Below the pieces are notes generated by a model, which was not told where the DNA came from, did no database searches, and was given only the letters and a program-made list of their open reading frames with translations. DNA of 64,000 bases from Lama guanicoe (lineage: Eukaryota), in assembly GCA_013239625.1 (NCBI GenBank), contig MU054338.1, positions 6,860,724 through 6,924,723 of the forward strand, in the 5' to 3' direction. Both the position numbers and the translations under genes were made by a program. Positions 1 to 12,100 of this stretch are shown here, in pieces (position 1 is the stretch's first letter; every line of letters begins with the position of its first letter).

Positions 1-83
1 CTTTTCACCTGTGCCTCTCAGTGTCTCAGACACAGGCTCCAGTGCATGTGCCTGCCCTGGTCTCACACCCTCTCCTCCCCCAG

Positions 84-128
84 GGTGTAGTTGGAATCGA
101 TGGTGCTCCAGGTGCCAAAGGAAATGTG
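84..128 (+). CDS. COL5A3: COL5A3 helix exon (45 bp) [15 protein letters not shown]
   Basis: cag|GGT...GTG|gtacgt; Gly-X-Y. Confidence 0.93.
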
Positions 129-3100
129 GTACGTGTTCTGACCCCTGATGCCTTCTGACACTCTGACCCTATGATCATCCATAACCTTGACCACTCCCAT
201 GACCCCTCATTTCAACTTCACTGACACCTCAATACAATGATTCTGTTTGGCTTCACAGAACCCTCACTTTCTCCCCAGGGTCCTCCAGGGGAACCAGGCC
301 CTCCAGGACAGCAGGGAAATCCTGGATCTCAGGTTTGAGCTACCTTTCCCAATAATGAAGGGTGGTGGGGCCAGCCAAGGTCATAGACCACTCCTAGCCT
401 CCCCAACCTTTGCACTCACTGCCCCTTTCTCATGCTTCCCTTCTCCCTCTTTTTTGATGTCTTCAGGGAATCCCTGGCCCCCAGGGACCCATTGGCACCC
501 CTGGGGAGAAGGTGAGTGACAGCTCTATCTACCCATCTTCAGATGGAGCTGTGGGTCAAAGACACTTCTAATGAAAGGGGTGTGGGTAGGGAGTCCCCAA
601 CCCCAACAAGTCTTTCACACTGTTTTTATATCCCTTGTCTCAATTGTCCCAGAAGCGGAGGATTTCTTAGGCTCAGAGAGGGGAGGGGGCTTGTCCAAGG
701 TCACACAGCAAGTTTGGAAGAGCTGGGGATAGATTTCCTGGCCAGTGGTATCTGTTTTTTCTCTAACCTTGAGGTAGATGCATGTCTGAGTAAAGTTGTT
801 TCTGGTGGAATGCTAGGCTCTGAGCCTCCCTGTCTCCCCCTACTATTCATTGGTTTCAGGGTCCACCTGGAAACCCAGGGATTCCAGGCCTCCCAGGATC
901 CGATGGCCCTCTGGTGAGAACTGAATGCTGGGAGGAGGAAGGAGAAGAGGGAGGGCCTGGGAATCTGGAATGCAAATCAACTTTCTGACAACTTAGAATG
1001 TTTTCCTCTCAGGGTCACCCAGGTCACGAGGGCCCGACAGGAGAGAAAGGGGCCCAGGTGAGTGACTTGGAGAGGGGCTGATTTGGGGGTGAAGGTTGGT
1101 AAGCAGGGCCAAGAGTCAGGGGCTAATGAGGAGAGAGATGAGGGCACTGGGAACATGGAGGAGAAAAGGGCTGGATGGCAGTAATCTTACCTCTGTCTCA
1201 GGGTCCATCAGGATCAGCAGGCCCTCCGGGCTACCCTGGACCTCGGGGTGTGAAGGTAGGTGATACTTGGGGCCTGCAGACAGGGTTGATTCACCAGCAT
1301 TGACCTCCAGGAGCCAGGTCCATCAGAAATGTCCCCATGTGTGGTGAGAGGAATCAGTCTGCCAGGCAAAGTGTGGTAGGAGTGGGGTTTGGGTCTGAGT
1401 GACAATATATAGTAAGGTGTGTGCTACTATGGAGCTGAACAGCCAAAAAGTAGCATTACAGTATAACCGTCACTTTGTGGTTGAGGATAGTTAAACCCAC
1501 AGGCCGTCAAACTCATTCCACTATGAGCACACACAGCACATCCAAGTCGACGTCAGCACATTGTAGTCAAGCAGAGGATTGTTTTTTCAAGCTCAAACCC
1601 AGAGCCACACAATCTACAAGCGCATAAATGCTGGGACAAGCTGAGAGCTGTACTGTACTGCTTACAGATTCATTTTTAACCAAGTGAAGGGACATGGGGA
1701 CTCACATCTATATGGTAGCCAGGTTTAGTTACATTGTAGCCAAGTACAGGTACCCATTACCGGTGGTCTAAGAACAGAGTTTGGTGGTAGCCAAGAGCCA
1801 GCTCCTTACATTTTTGCATTGTAGACAAGCTCAGTTACACTATAACCAAGGAGGTAGCTATACTGCAGCTGGCTACAAAGTCCTGTGGGTGTCCAAACTC
1901 AGAGTTCCATTGTAGCCAGGCATGGTTTTATATATTCATACATCATTGAAGGCTGTGTTGTTACTCAGTCTAGTTACTTGGCAACCATGGCCAGAGAACA
2001 GCTGTAGCCAAGCTTGGTTGCTTTGTGGTCAATGAATTGCCGTATGGCTAGAGATAGTCATGCTATTGTCAAAACACAGTTATGTTGTATTCAACTACAA
2101 TTTCATTTCAGTCCCTGAGCTCAGTTATACTGTAGCCAAGTGCAGCTTTTCTCGTGGCCCAAGTCCAGAATTCCATGTGAGCAGCAACTGGGCTTGTACT
2201 GAGCAGTCTCACTGTAGCCAAGCACAGACTTGCCTTGTTGCCAGGCACAGAATCGCATTGTAGCCAGCACAATGGGAAACATTCCTTTGCCTTTAGAATG
2301 AGGCCGGAGCCTGGAATGTTCATCCTCTCTCTGTTGCCAGAAGGAACTGTGGACACAGTGTCCCTGGGAGATGGGAATCAATTACTCGGAAATTTGGCCT
2401 TCCCTGCACACCCCCACACAGATGACCTTGGGAAGCTGCCAGTGGGAAGGGGAGGGGGAGAGGCAGCATCTTGCACACTACACGAGCAGACTTTAGGGAA
2501 AGATAATTTCCTCTCTGGCTGCCCCTGCCCTCCTCCAGTCCCACATCCTTTTGGGACTGTTCTGGCTATTTCAGGGCAGGGGACTGAGTTTAGGGCCCTT
2601 CTGAAACAGGGAGGGGAACTGAAAGCTTTTTAAAATTTTTTCAGGGTACCTCTGGCAACCGAGGCCTCCAGGGGGAGAAAGGAGAGAAGGTGAGAAGGGA
2701 AGGGATTCCTTGGGAGCAGAGCCTTAATAATGGGGCTCTGGCTGTGCCCCTTCTCTGAACCCCGACCTCTGATCTCCGTACTATCTTCCACCCAGGGAGA
2801 AGATGGCTTCCCAGGCTTCAAGGGTGATGTGGGGCTTAAAGGTGACCGGGTAAGACAATCTCTAGAGGACAGGCCTGGTGGATCTGGGGGACTTGTGAAA
2901 GACAGGGAGGGGTGAGCAGAGGCTAAGATGGGGGTCAGTGGGAGCAGAAGTGACAAAGGGGCTGATATCAGGGCTTCTCCTTTCTATTCCAGGGGCACCC
3001 TGGACCCCCAGGTCCTCGGGGAGAGGATGGTCCTGAAGGGCTGAAGGGGCAGGAGGGGCTGGCTGGTGAAGAGGGGCCCCCAGGTTTAGCTGGGGAGAAG

Positions 3101-6100
3101 GTGAGTGGACCTGGTCACCTCCTCCAGTCTATACCCCAGCTTCCCTTCCTGCAGTCAAGATATTCCCTGGCCCTTTGCCTTCTGCCCTCTGCTCTTTTAT
3201 CTTCAACTTCAGAAGGCCATCAGCTCCTTCAGTTCCTCAGCTCAGCTTTACAGAGCAATTCCATGCACATTATCTATGTTCGCCCCCACAACCACTACAG
3301 GCAACAGGCATTTTTACACCCATTTTACAGACAAGGAAAATGAGATTAGAAATGCTTGAGTGAGCTGCCCAAGGACATGCCCCTAGCAGGCAGGAGCCAG
3401 GACTTGAGCTTATGTTCCCTGATTCCCACACCACTACCCCTGCCATCATGCCCCAGATATCCTGCCCCTCCCCCACTGACCTCTAGGTTGCAATCTCTGA
3501 CCTTTGTCCTATAATCTCTCTGCAGGGCAAGCTTGGGGTGCCGGGTCTCCCAGGTTATCCAGGACGTCCAGGCCCTAAGGTCAGAAGCTAGGAAGAGGGT
3601 GGTGGGCAAAGGCAGAGGGTTCAGAGACTGAAAAACATCTGGGGGTCTGTGCTATGGTCTGGGGGTGAGAGCTGTCCATCCCATGGGTCACTGAGGGCAT
3701 AAGATGTGAGCTTTGGCATCAGACAAACTTGGGCTTAAATACCCAATCCTTACCTGCTAAGTAAACTTGAACGAGTCTCTTGAGTCCGTTTTATCAGTTG
3801 CAAAATGGAGATATCAACAGTATCTACCTCACCAATTTGAATATAATAATGTTGATGATTTTGATAATAAAACTGTTGGATCTTTCTTATTTGGTATGAT
3901 TGAGGTTCAAACAAAAAGCCAGCAGGGAGGAGAATCATAAAAAATACACATCTTACATCTCTTAAATTAATTATAACTTACAATAAAATGTAATTAAGTA
4001 AAAATGTGCATTTGGTTGCCAATATTTTGAGGGATGAGGTTATTGATAAGCATGTCTTTCTGCCAAAGTCACACCCATATTACATCACAGATGATTTACA
4101 CTTTGTGTTTATATAAAGTGGAGCAGAAACTTAAAGACACTTGAAAGGAAATCTGAGTATAGAGTCTTTCCAGAATTCCACACCTTTGCCAACTTGATCT
4201 GGCACAGGTATCTTTCCCATGCCTAATTTGACAGTGATTTTTTTTATAGTGACTTCCCTTTATATCAAGTTTTTTCCATTTAACTTAGATTTGATAAATA
4301 TCTTTCTTTTTATTTTTTTCATCATTTTTGGTAAACTTTCACTAAGTCCCATGACTCCAATAGCAAGGTCAACTGACATAAACAAGTCACTGAAACTAAG
4401 AGCTAAACTCAGCCTGTTGGAGCAGAAGTTCAAGGGAGTTAGAACAGAGCCTCCAAGCCAAGACTGATCAGTGTGTCTCGGGCATCAAGCAATGAATACA
4501 TTACAGGAGGCTTGGTGTGTCAGTTAAGTTGAGGTCAGTGTCCTAGGCAGCTGGAGCTGCTGCAACAAAAATACCTTAGGCTGGATGGTTTAAACAACAG
4601 AAATTTGTTCTGAAGGCTGGAAGACTAAGGTCAGAGTGCCAGCATGATTGGCTTCTGGCGAGGGCTGTTTTCCTGGTTTGTAGATGACTGTTTTCTGTCT
4701 CTGTCTTCACATGGTAGGGGGAGAGAGAGAGAGAGGGAGAGAGGGAGAAATCTAGTCTCTTCTCTTCTAAAATGGGCACTAATCCCATTCATGAGGGCCC
4801 CACCCCCATGACCTACTTATTTCCCAAAGACCTCACCTCCAAATATTATCATACTAGGGACAGGGGCTTCAACATATGAATTTTTGGAGGACACATTCAG
4901 TCCTTTGCAGTTAGTAATAATCAGCATGAATAACAAAAATGACAGCTAACATTTCTTGAGCACATACAGTGTGCCAAGTACTTTGTTAAAAAAAAAAAAC
5001 ACTTTCTATACATTTCCCACTTAATCCTCACCAAAACCTTGTGAGGGAGGTATTGTTGGTACCCCCAGGGTACAAATAAGGAGACTGATGCTCAGAGAGG
5101 TTAAGCCATTTGTCCAAGGCCACACAGCTAGTCCAGTGGTGGATCTAGGATTCAAAACACAGTGAGGGGTGACAGGGATATCAGAGTCTGTGACGTCTTC
5201 CCCCAGGTCGAGGGAGGATGCCTCCAAGATGGTAAGTGCTGCTGTGCGCCAGGCAGTGGGGAATAAGACCAGAGCACTAGATCCTAGTCATTGAATAGGT
5301 GAGCAAGTGAACAAGGCCATTTCAATAAGAATATTATGGGGAAAACAAAACAGGACAATGTGATAGAGCATGACTTGAGGATGTGATGGTCAGGATGGTG
5401 GCAGAAGGCTTCTCTAGCAGGTGACATCTGAATGACGTCTAAATGATGAGGAGTAGCAACCCTATGGGCATCTGAGAGCAGAGCACATTAGGCAAAGGCA
5501 GCCAATGCGATGGCCCTGAGGCAGAAGTGTGCTGGTGCCTGAGTAGCATTAAAGAGGATAGTGTGGCTGGAATGGGTCAACAAGGTGGGGGGGAGGAGAA
5601 GAGGAGGGTGGAGGGCTGCCTTGGAGGAGGCTGGGGCTGGAGGGATCAAAGAAGCTTCTGGAATCAATGATCTGGAAATGCCTGAGAGGATGGGGTGGCT
5701 GAATGGGGTGAGGGGCCAACATTGCCCACTACCCGTCACCTTCATTTTGTCTCTCTCATTCTCTTGGCCTAGGGATCTATTGGCTTTCCTGGACCCCTGG
5801 GACCATTAGGAGAGAAAGGGAAGCGGGTGAGTCATGATCCAGGGGTGAGGGGAGAAGGGGTCTTGTATGAAAGGGGAAGAGCATGTGTGGCTGTGCATCA
5901 TGGCAGGTGGGGCCCTGGGTGGCTGTGTCTATGCCTGGAAGCACTTGTGTGCATACATAGTCCCATGTGCAATGCAGGGCACATGTAGGTGATCTCACTG
6001 GGCACTACAGCACACGTGTGCATGTGCACCCCATGTGCTTCTTGGTGCAGAACACATGCAGTCTGAGTGCTGCAGCCGAGGGGCTTGTGACTAGGTGAAC

Positions 6101-9100
6101 AAGGGCACCTGCTGCATGTACACTGTGTGACCGTGGGCATAAATGTGTGAGGGGCATGTTGATGTGTGTGACAGAATAAGGAAATACACATATGTGTGTT
6201 TCTGCGTACATGTGTAGCTGTCAGTGGACATGTGTGGAAGCCCATGAGTGTACATATACTGTTGTATTTATCAAGACTGTGTCCTCACATGGATCCATGC
6301 ATGTATGTGTTTACATTGGGTATACACATGTGCAAGGGACGTACTACATGGCATGACAAGCTCCTTGTGTCGACCTGAGGCTGTGATTGCCCCTTGTGTG
6401 CCTTGATGGCATGTAGTCACGCGTGCATACCATGCCGCTGTGATAAATAAGTGTCCATGTGAGTGAACACGCTTGTGTGTGTGGACCTTATAGGTACAAC
6501 ATACATATAATTGGGTGTTTATGAACTTTGTGTGGTTGCATGTGTAAGTTGTATTTACATGTGTGTGTGAATGAAAGGCTTGTGAGTGAATGAGTGGCAG
6601 ACGTCCTTCCAGGTCTCTGACTGGGTGCATTTGTGTGTTTGTGTCTTTGCATCATGAGTCTTTTCTGCTTCCCCCTCACCTGATTTATGTTCCAGGGGAA
6701 GGCAGGGCAGCCAGGCCTGGAAGGAGAGCGGGGACCACCAGTAAGAAAATGGAGAGCTCGCCTCACCCCACTGGGCTGTAGTGGGGCAGGGCTGGAAGGA
6801 GGGGTAGCGAGAGGGGAGGTGGTGGGGAGGTCTTGAGCAGGTGGGAAGAGGGTTTGGGTTAAGTCGGTGTCCCTGGTGTGACAAGGGGTGGTCACAGAGG
6901 TAGGGAACCTGGAAGACTTGGCCTCATCTCCTGGATTCCCCCACCCTCTCACTTCTAACCTTTGCTTCTTTTCTACTCAGGGCTCCCGTGGAGAGAGGGG
7001 GCAACCAGGTGCCACGGGGCAGCCAGGCCCCAAGGTATGGGGTGGGTGGGCAGTCAGGTCCCCCCATGCAGGCTCTCTGCCCCAGGCCCACCCAGTCCCT
7101 TCCTGTTGAGTATGTTCTGTAGCCTGAGTCTCATTCACTCTCTCTTAGGGTGATGTGGGCCAGGACGGAGCCCCTGGGTTCCCTGGAGAAAAGGTGAGTG
7201 AGTGTGAGTGAGTGTGTGTGTGTGTGTGTGTGATTTGGGGTGGGAGACAAGCCCAGAAAATGGGGAGACATTATAACACAGAATGTGAAAAGAGCAAGAC
7301 TCTGAAGTAGAGAGCTGTGAGTTCAAGTCCTAGCTCTGCCCCCACTCCCCTGCTATTGGGCAAGTCACTTAATTTCATTGTGCCTCAGTTTCCCCTTCTA
7401 TAAAATGGGAGTAACCACAGTCCCCCATCCCAACGGACTGCAGTGGCAATGAAATGACTTCCTGTGTGTACAATGTCCAGCCTGCAGGAGGTGCCTACGT
7501 TGCTTCTTTTCATCGTGTGGGACTTGGGCAGACAGGAGGGATGACATAATGGCTTCTGCTTCCATTTCAGGGCCTCCCAGGTCTGCAAGGCCCTCCTGGG
7601 TTCTCTGGACCAAAGGGTCCCCCTGTAAGTGAGCTCACCTTGCTTGAGTGGGGAAGGGGAGCCAGGCAGTGGGAAGACACCGTATTTGTGCTTCAACTCT
7701 CTCCCATTTTGTCCCTCAGGGCCCCCAGGGGAAAGACGGGCGACCTGGGCACCCTGGACAGAGAGGAGAATTGGTGAGCAAACTCTTGACCTCTGACCCC
7801 TGAACCCATTAGGCTCTGCATTCTTCCCCTCCATGATACCCCCTTTGCATGTTTCTCCTCAGGGCTTCCAAGGTCAGACAGGCCCACCTGGACCAGCTGG
7901 TGTTGTGGGTCCTCAGGTCAGAGTGGACCCCTCAAGTTTCCCCAGTTTTGCACCAGTTGGGGGATATCTGGGAGGGGGTGGACCTCAGATAGACCCCCAC
8001 CCCAACCCTAACACACCTCTCTTCAAGATAAGCCTTCTTCTTCTCCAGGGCAAGACAGGAGAAGCAGGGCCTCTGGGTGAAAGGGGGCCTCCAGGCCCCC
8101 CTGGGCCTCCTGGTGAACAAGGTCTTCCAGGTCTGGAGGGCAGAGAGGGGGCCAAGGTGAGACCCTGCCCCATGGGAGATCTTGTCAAGGGGCCCCAAAG
8201 TCCCTGGATGGTCCCACGCCACCTCCAGACTGAGAATCAGCCCCATGGGGGTGGGGGCCCAGACTCGCAGATTAGGAGGAGACACCCCCTTCTCTGAAGC
8301 CTGACCCCCCCCTCCTCTGCACTCCTGCAGGGGGACCTGGGACCACTGGGACCCCTTGGGAAGGAAGGACCACCTGGACCCAGGGGCTTCCCTGGTCCCC
8401 AAGGAGCTCAGGGGGACCCAGTGAGTATGGTTTGGAGCCCCTCCTGCATGTGGCTGGGCTGAAACAGAGAAGGAAGTGGGGGGTGGCCAGGACAGGGACA
8501 TGGCCATGGTATCTTGGGCAGGGGCAACCTTGAGAGTAAAAGGACGGCTACAAGAGGGGCCTGGAGGGGACAGATCCCTGAACCTCAGCGCCTGGGAAGG
8601 GGTGGGAACTCAGTCCCCCAGAGTGAAGACAGGACCTGGGGGCACCTTTGGGGGTCTCAACTGTGAATCATCTTCTCCTGCAGGGACCTACTGGTTTGAA
8701 GGGTGATAAGGGCCCCCCAGGCCCCATTGGGGCCAACGTAAGTGTAAACCCATCTGCTGGGGTTGGGGGGCAGGGAGTGGACGGAGAGGGGTAGGATGGA
8801 GAGGCCCCAGGGTACCCAGGAAGCTGGGCATTGTCATGATTTAAGTCCACTATTCTGGGAGCCAAACAAGCCTGGCTCAAGCCCGGCTCAAGCCCAGCTC
8901 TGCAGATCACTGGCCGGGCAGCCGTGTCACTCCACGAGCCTCAGTCTCCTTGTCGGTAAAACAGTCCCCTCTCCCAGATGATCATAAATCTCAATGAGAT
9001 GATCCTTTGGACATATATTCAAACTCTGTTCCAGACATCAGCATTTAAAAACCTCCTTTGTCCTGGAGTTTATAACCTAGTCAGGGAGAGAAGGAATCAG

Positions 9101-12100
9101 CGGTGATGAATGCTGCAAAGGAAAATAGCACAGAGAAGGGGGAGCAGGGGAGAATTTTTGAAATAAGCTGGCCTGGGAAAGCCTCCTGAGAAGGTGACAT
9201 TTGATCTGGGAGCTGAAGGAGGTGAGGGAGGAGCTATGTGGATGCCTAGGGGAAGGGTGTGCCAGGCAGAAGGAGCAGCATGTGCAAAGTCCCGAGGCTG
9301 GAGGAAACAGAGGAGGCTAGTGTGGCTGGAGGGGAGTGAGCGAGGGTGAGTGGGAGGAGGTGAGGGCAGAGAGGAGATGGGGTAGGTCGTGCAGGGTTTT
9401 ATGGGTTTCCAGGAGAAGTCTTTTTCTCCAAGTAAGATGGGAGCCATGGAGGGCTATGGGCAGAGGAGGCACCATACTGTGATGCAGGTGTTGACATCAC
9501 CTTCTGGCTGCTGTCCCTACACAGCAGCCAGAGATGATATACCACCTCAGTGCCCTTGAAAACCCTCCAGTAAATGAGAACTACTACTATTGTTATTATT
9601 CCTGACCCTTCACCCCTGTTTTCAGGGCTCCCCTGGGGAGCGTGGTCCTGTAGGCCCAGCAGGCGGCATTGGGCTTCCTGGCCAAAGTGGAGGCCAAGGC
9701 CCTGTTGGTCCCACGGGTGAGAAGGGGTCCCCGGTAAGTGCCTGCCCAAGCATCCCCAGGACCCAGCCCTCCACATACCAGGACCTCACTCCTGCCCTGG
9801 ACCCTGATGTACCTCCTTCCACTCCCCACCTCAGGGTGAACGTGGACCCCCTGGTCCCACTGGCAAAGATGGGATCCCAGGGCCCTTGGGGCTTCCTGGA
9901 CCCCCTGGAGCTGCCGGGCCTTCTGGTGAGGAAGGGGACAAGGTGAGAGAGAGTTCATGGAGCGGGAGGGACTGGGGGAGGCCGCAGGTATTGGGAGGCT
10001 GGGTCCTTCCTCATCCTGTTTCCTCTGCAGGGGGAAGTGGGCTCCCCTGGTCACAAGGGCAGCAAAGGCGATAAGGGAGATGCGGTGAGTGGGGGGCCCC
10101 AGTGAGCCAGGTGGTCCTTGGAGAGGGGAGAGGAATGTGGAGGATGAGGGGAAGCTCATGGAACTTCCTGCCTTCTTGAGCCCTCGGAAGTAACAGAAGC
10201 CATTCAAACTAGCTGGAATGAAGGGGCCAATCGCATCCCCAGCCTCCCTCCAGGAACTCAGCCCAGCGCCCAGGGTCAGGGAGCCAACTCAGTCCCTGGG
10301 CCTGGTGGGACTTCTGGGCAAACGTCCTGATGGGCCAAGCTTAGGACAGAGGCTGTGCCTGGTCCTATCAGTTGGTGGCTAGGAGGATAGGGTTTGGGAA
10401 GGAGAATGCAGCTTCCCAGTGCAGGGAGTGGACAGGGTTACAATGACTGCCATCTTTAGTGTCCACCCCCCGACAATCTTGAACCTGAGGGGTTTGTCTA
10501 CTCGGTTCCTTCCTCCAGGGCCCACCTGGACCAACAGGGATACGGGGTCCTGTGGGACACCCAGGCCCCCCGGTGAGTGCTCCCAGCTTTGTGACCGTCT
10601 CCTGGATCCCCAATAGGAAGGAACAGTGTCCTCCACTGTGACTCAAGTGCAGACTCAACCTCAACCCTGATCTATACCTCCCTGCCAGCACCCACCATGA
10701 ACTCACCCCGGAATCCGACTCAACCCCAAACTCATTCCTAACCCTGAACCCTGTCAGAGCCCTAATCTCAGCGCTGCTTGTGCCCTTAACTTCAATCCCA
10801 ACTCAGACCTAACCTTCACATCCCCTATCAGTCAAACCCTGACCCACTCCTGCCCTTAATCCCAGCCATGACCTACCCTCCAATGCTGATCCCAAACTGA
10901 GCTCAAACTCTGAGTCTACCTTGGCCTTGACCTCAGACCCATCCCTACCTCTCAACCCCATCTGGACCTTAACTGACTTCAACCTGACCCTGACTCATCA
11001 CCCCATGCCCATCTTGAAATGGGAAACTCAACCCTTGATTTCATTCCTGAACTCTGACCCTTAACTTGCACCCCCAACTTCAAACCCAACCCTGACCCTC
11101 CCCAAACTTAATCTCGGCCCTGAACCTTAGTCCTGACTTTGGCCCTGAGCCTGTCTCCAACCCTTGACCCATACCCTAATTGTGTCCTGCCCTGTCTTTC
11201 TCCCAGGGAGCAGATGGGGCTCAGGGACGCCGAGGACCCCCTGGCCTCTTTGGGCAGAAAGGAGATGATGGAGTGAGAGGCTTCGTGGGAGTGATTGGCC
11301 CCCCTGGCTTGCAGGTAGGTGTCTGACTTTGGGGGTTTGGCCTCTGGTTCCCCCTACTTTGTGCCCCAATCTTGCTTCTTTGTTCCACAGGGAATGCCAG
11401 GCCCTCCTGGAGAAAAGGGGGAGATTGGAGACGTAGGGTCCATGGTATGGACAATGGGGGAAATGTGGGGTGTGGCAGGGCAGGGGTGGTCATTACATCG
11501 ATTTGGGGGTGATTATAGGGTACACTGTCATTTTTTTTTCTTTGAGTAAAGGTAGATTTAGTCAAAGAGATATATTGAAAGGCAAGCGAAAGGCCACAAG
11601 GTATGGGGGTTGGGTGCTCAGATTAAAAGTAGGTACATACTCCAGAAACAGAGTGCGGGCCGTCTCGGGTACATCGTCATTTTAAGGATGCTGTGGGTCA
11701 CCAGCATGAAGGGTGGTGTTTGTGGTTACTGGGGCCCTTTGAGGGGTCATGGGGTCACTGGATGCCATTCTGACTGTCCCATAGGGTCCCCATGGAGCTC
11801 CAGGCCCTCGGGGTCCCCATGGCCCCAGTGGATCAGAGGTGAGGACTCTGGGGGAGGGGAGGATGCCTCAGAGATGAGGACATCCCTTTCCCAAGAAGAG
11901 GCTCTTGAGATCCCACAGTCCCACCTCTACCCCTTGCTGTCTCTCCAGGGTCCTCCAGGGCTGCCTGGAGGAGTTGGTCAGCCAGGCGCTGTGGGTGAGA
12001 AGGTGAGAGAGAGAACAGGGGGCTGCATGGGATGGAGGAAGCACAACCAGTTCTTCCTGGGGTGGGTGTTCTGGGTGCTAGGATGGGACCTCTCCTCACC

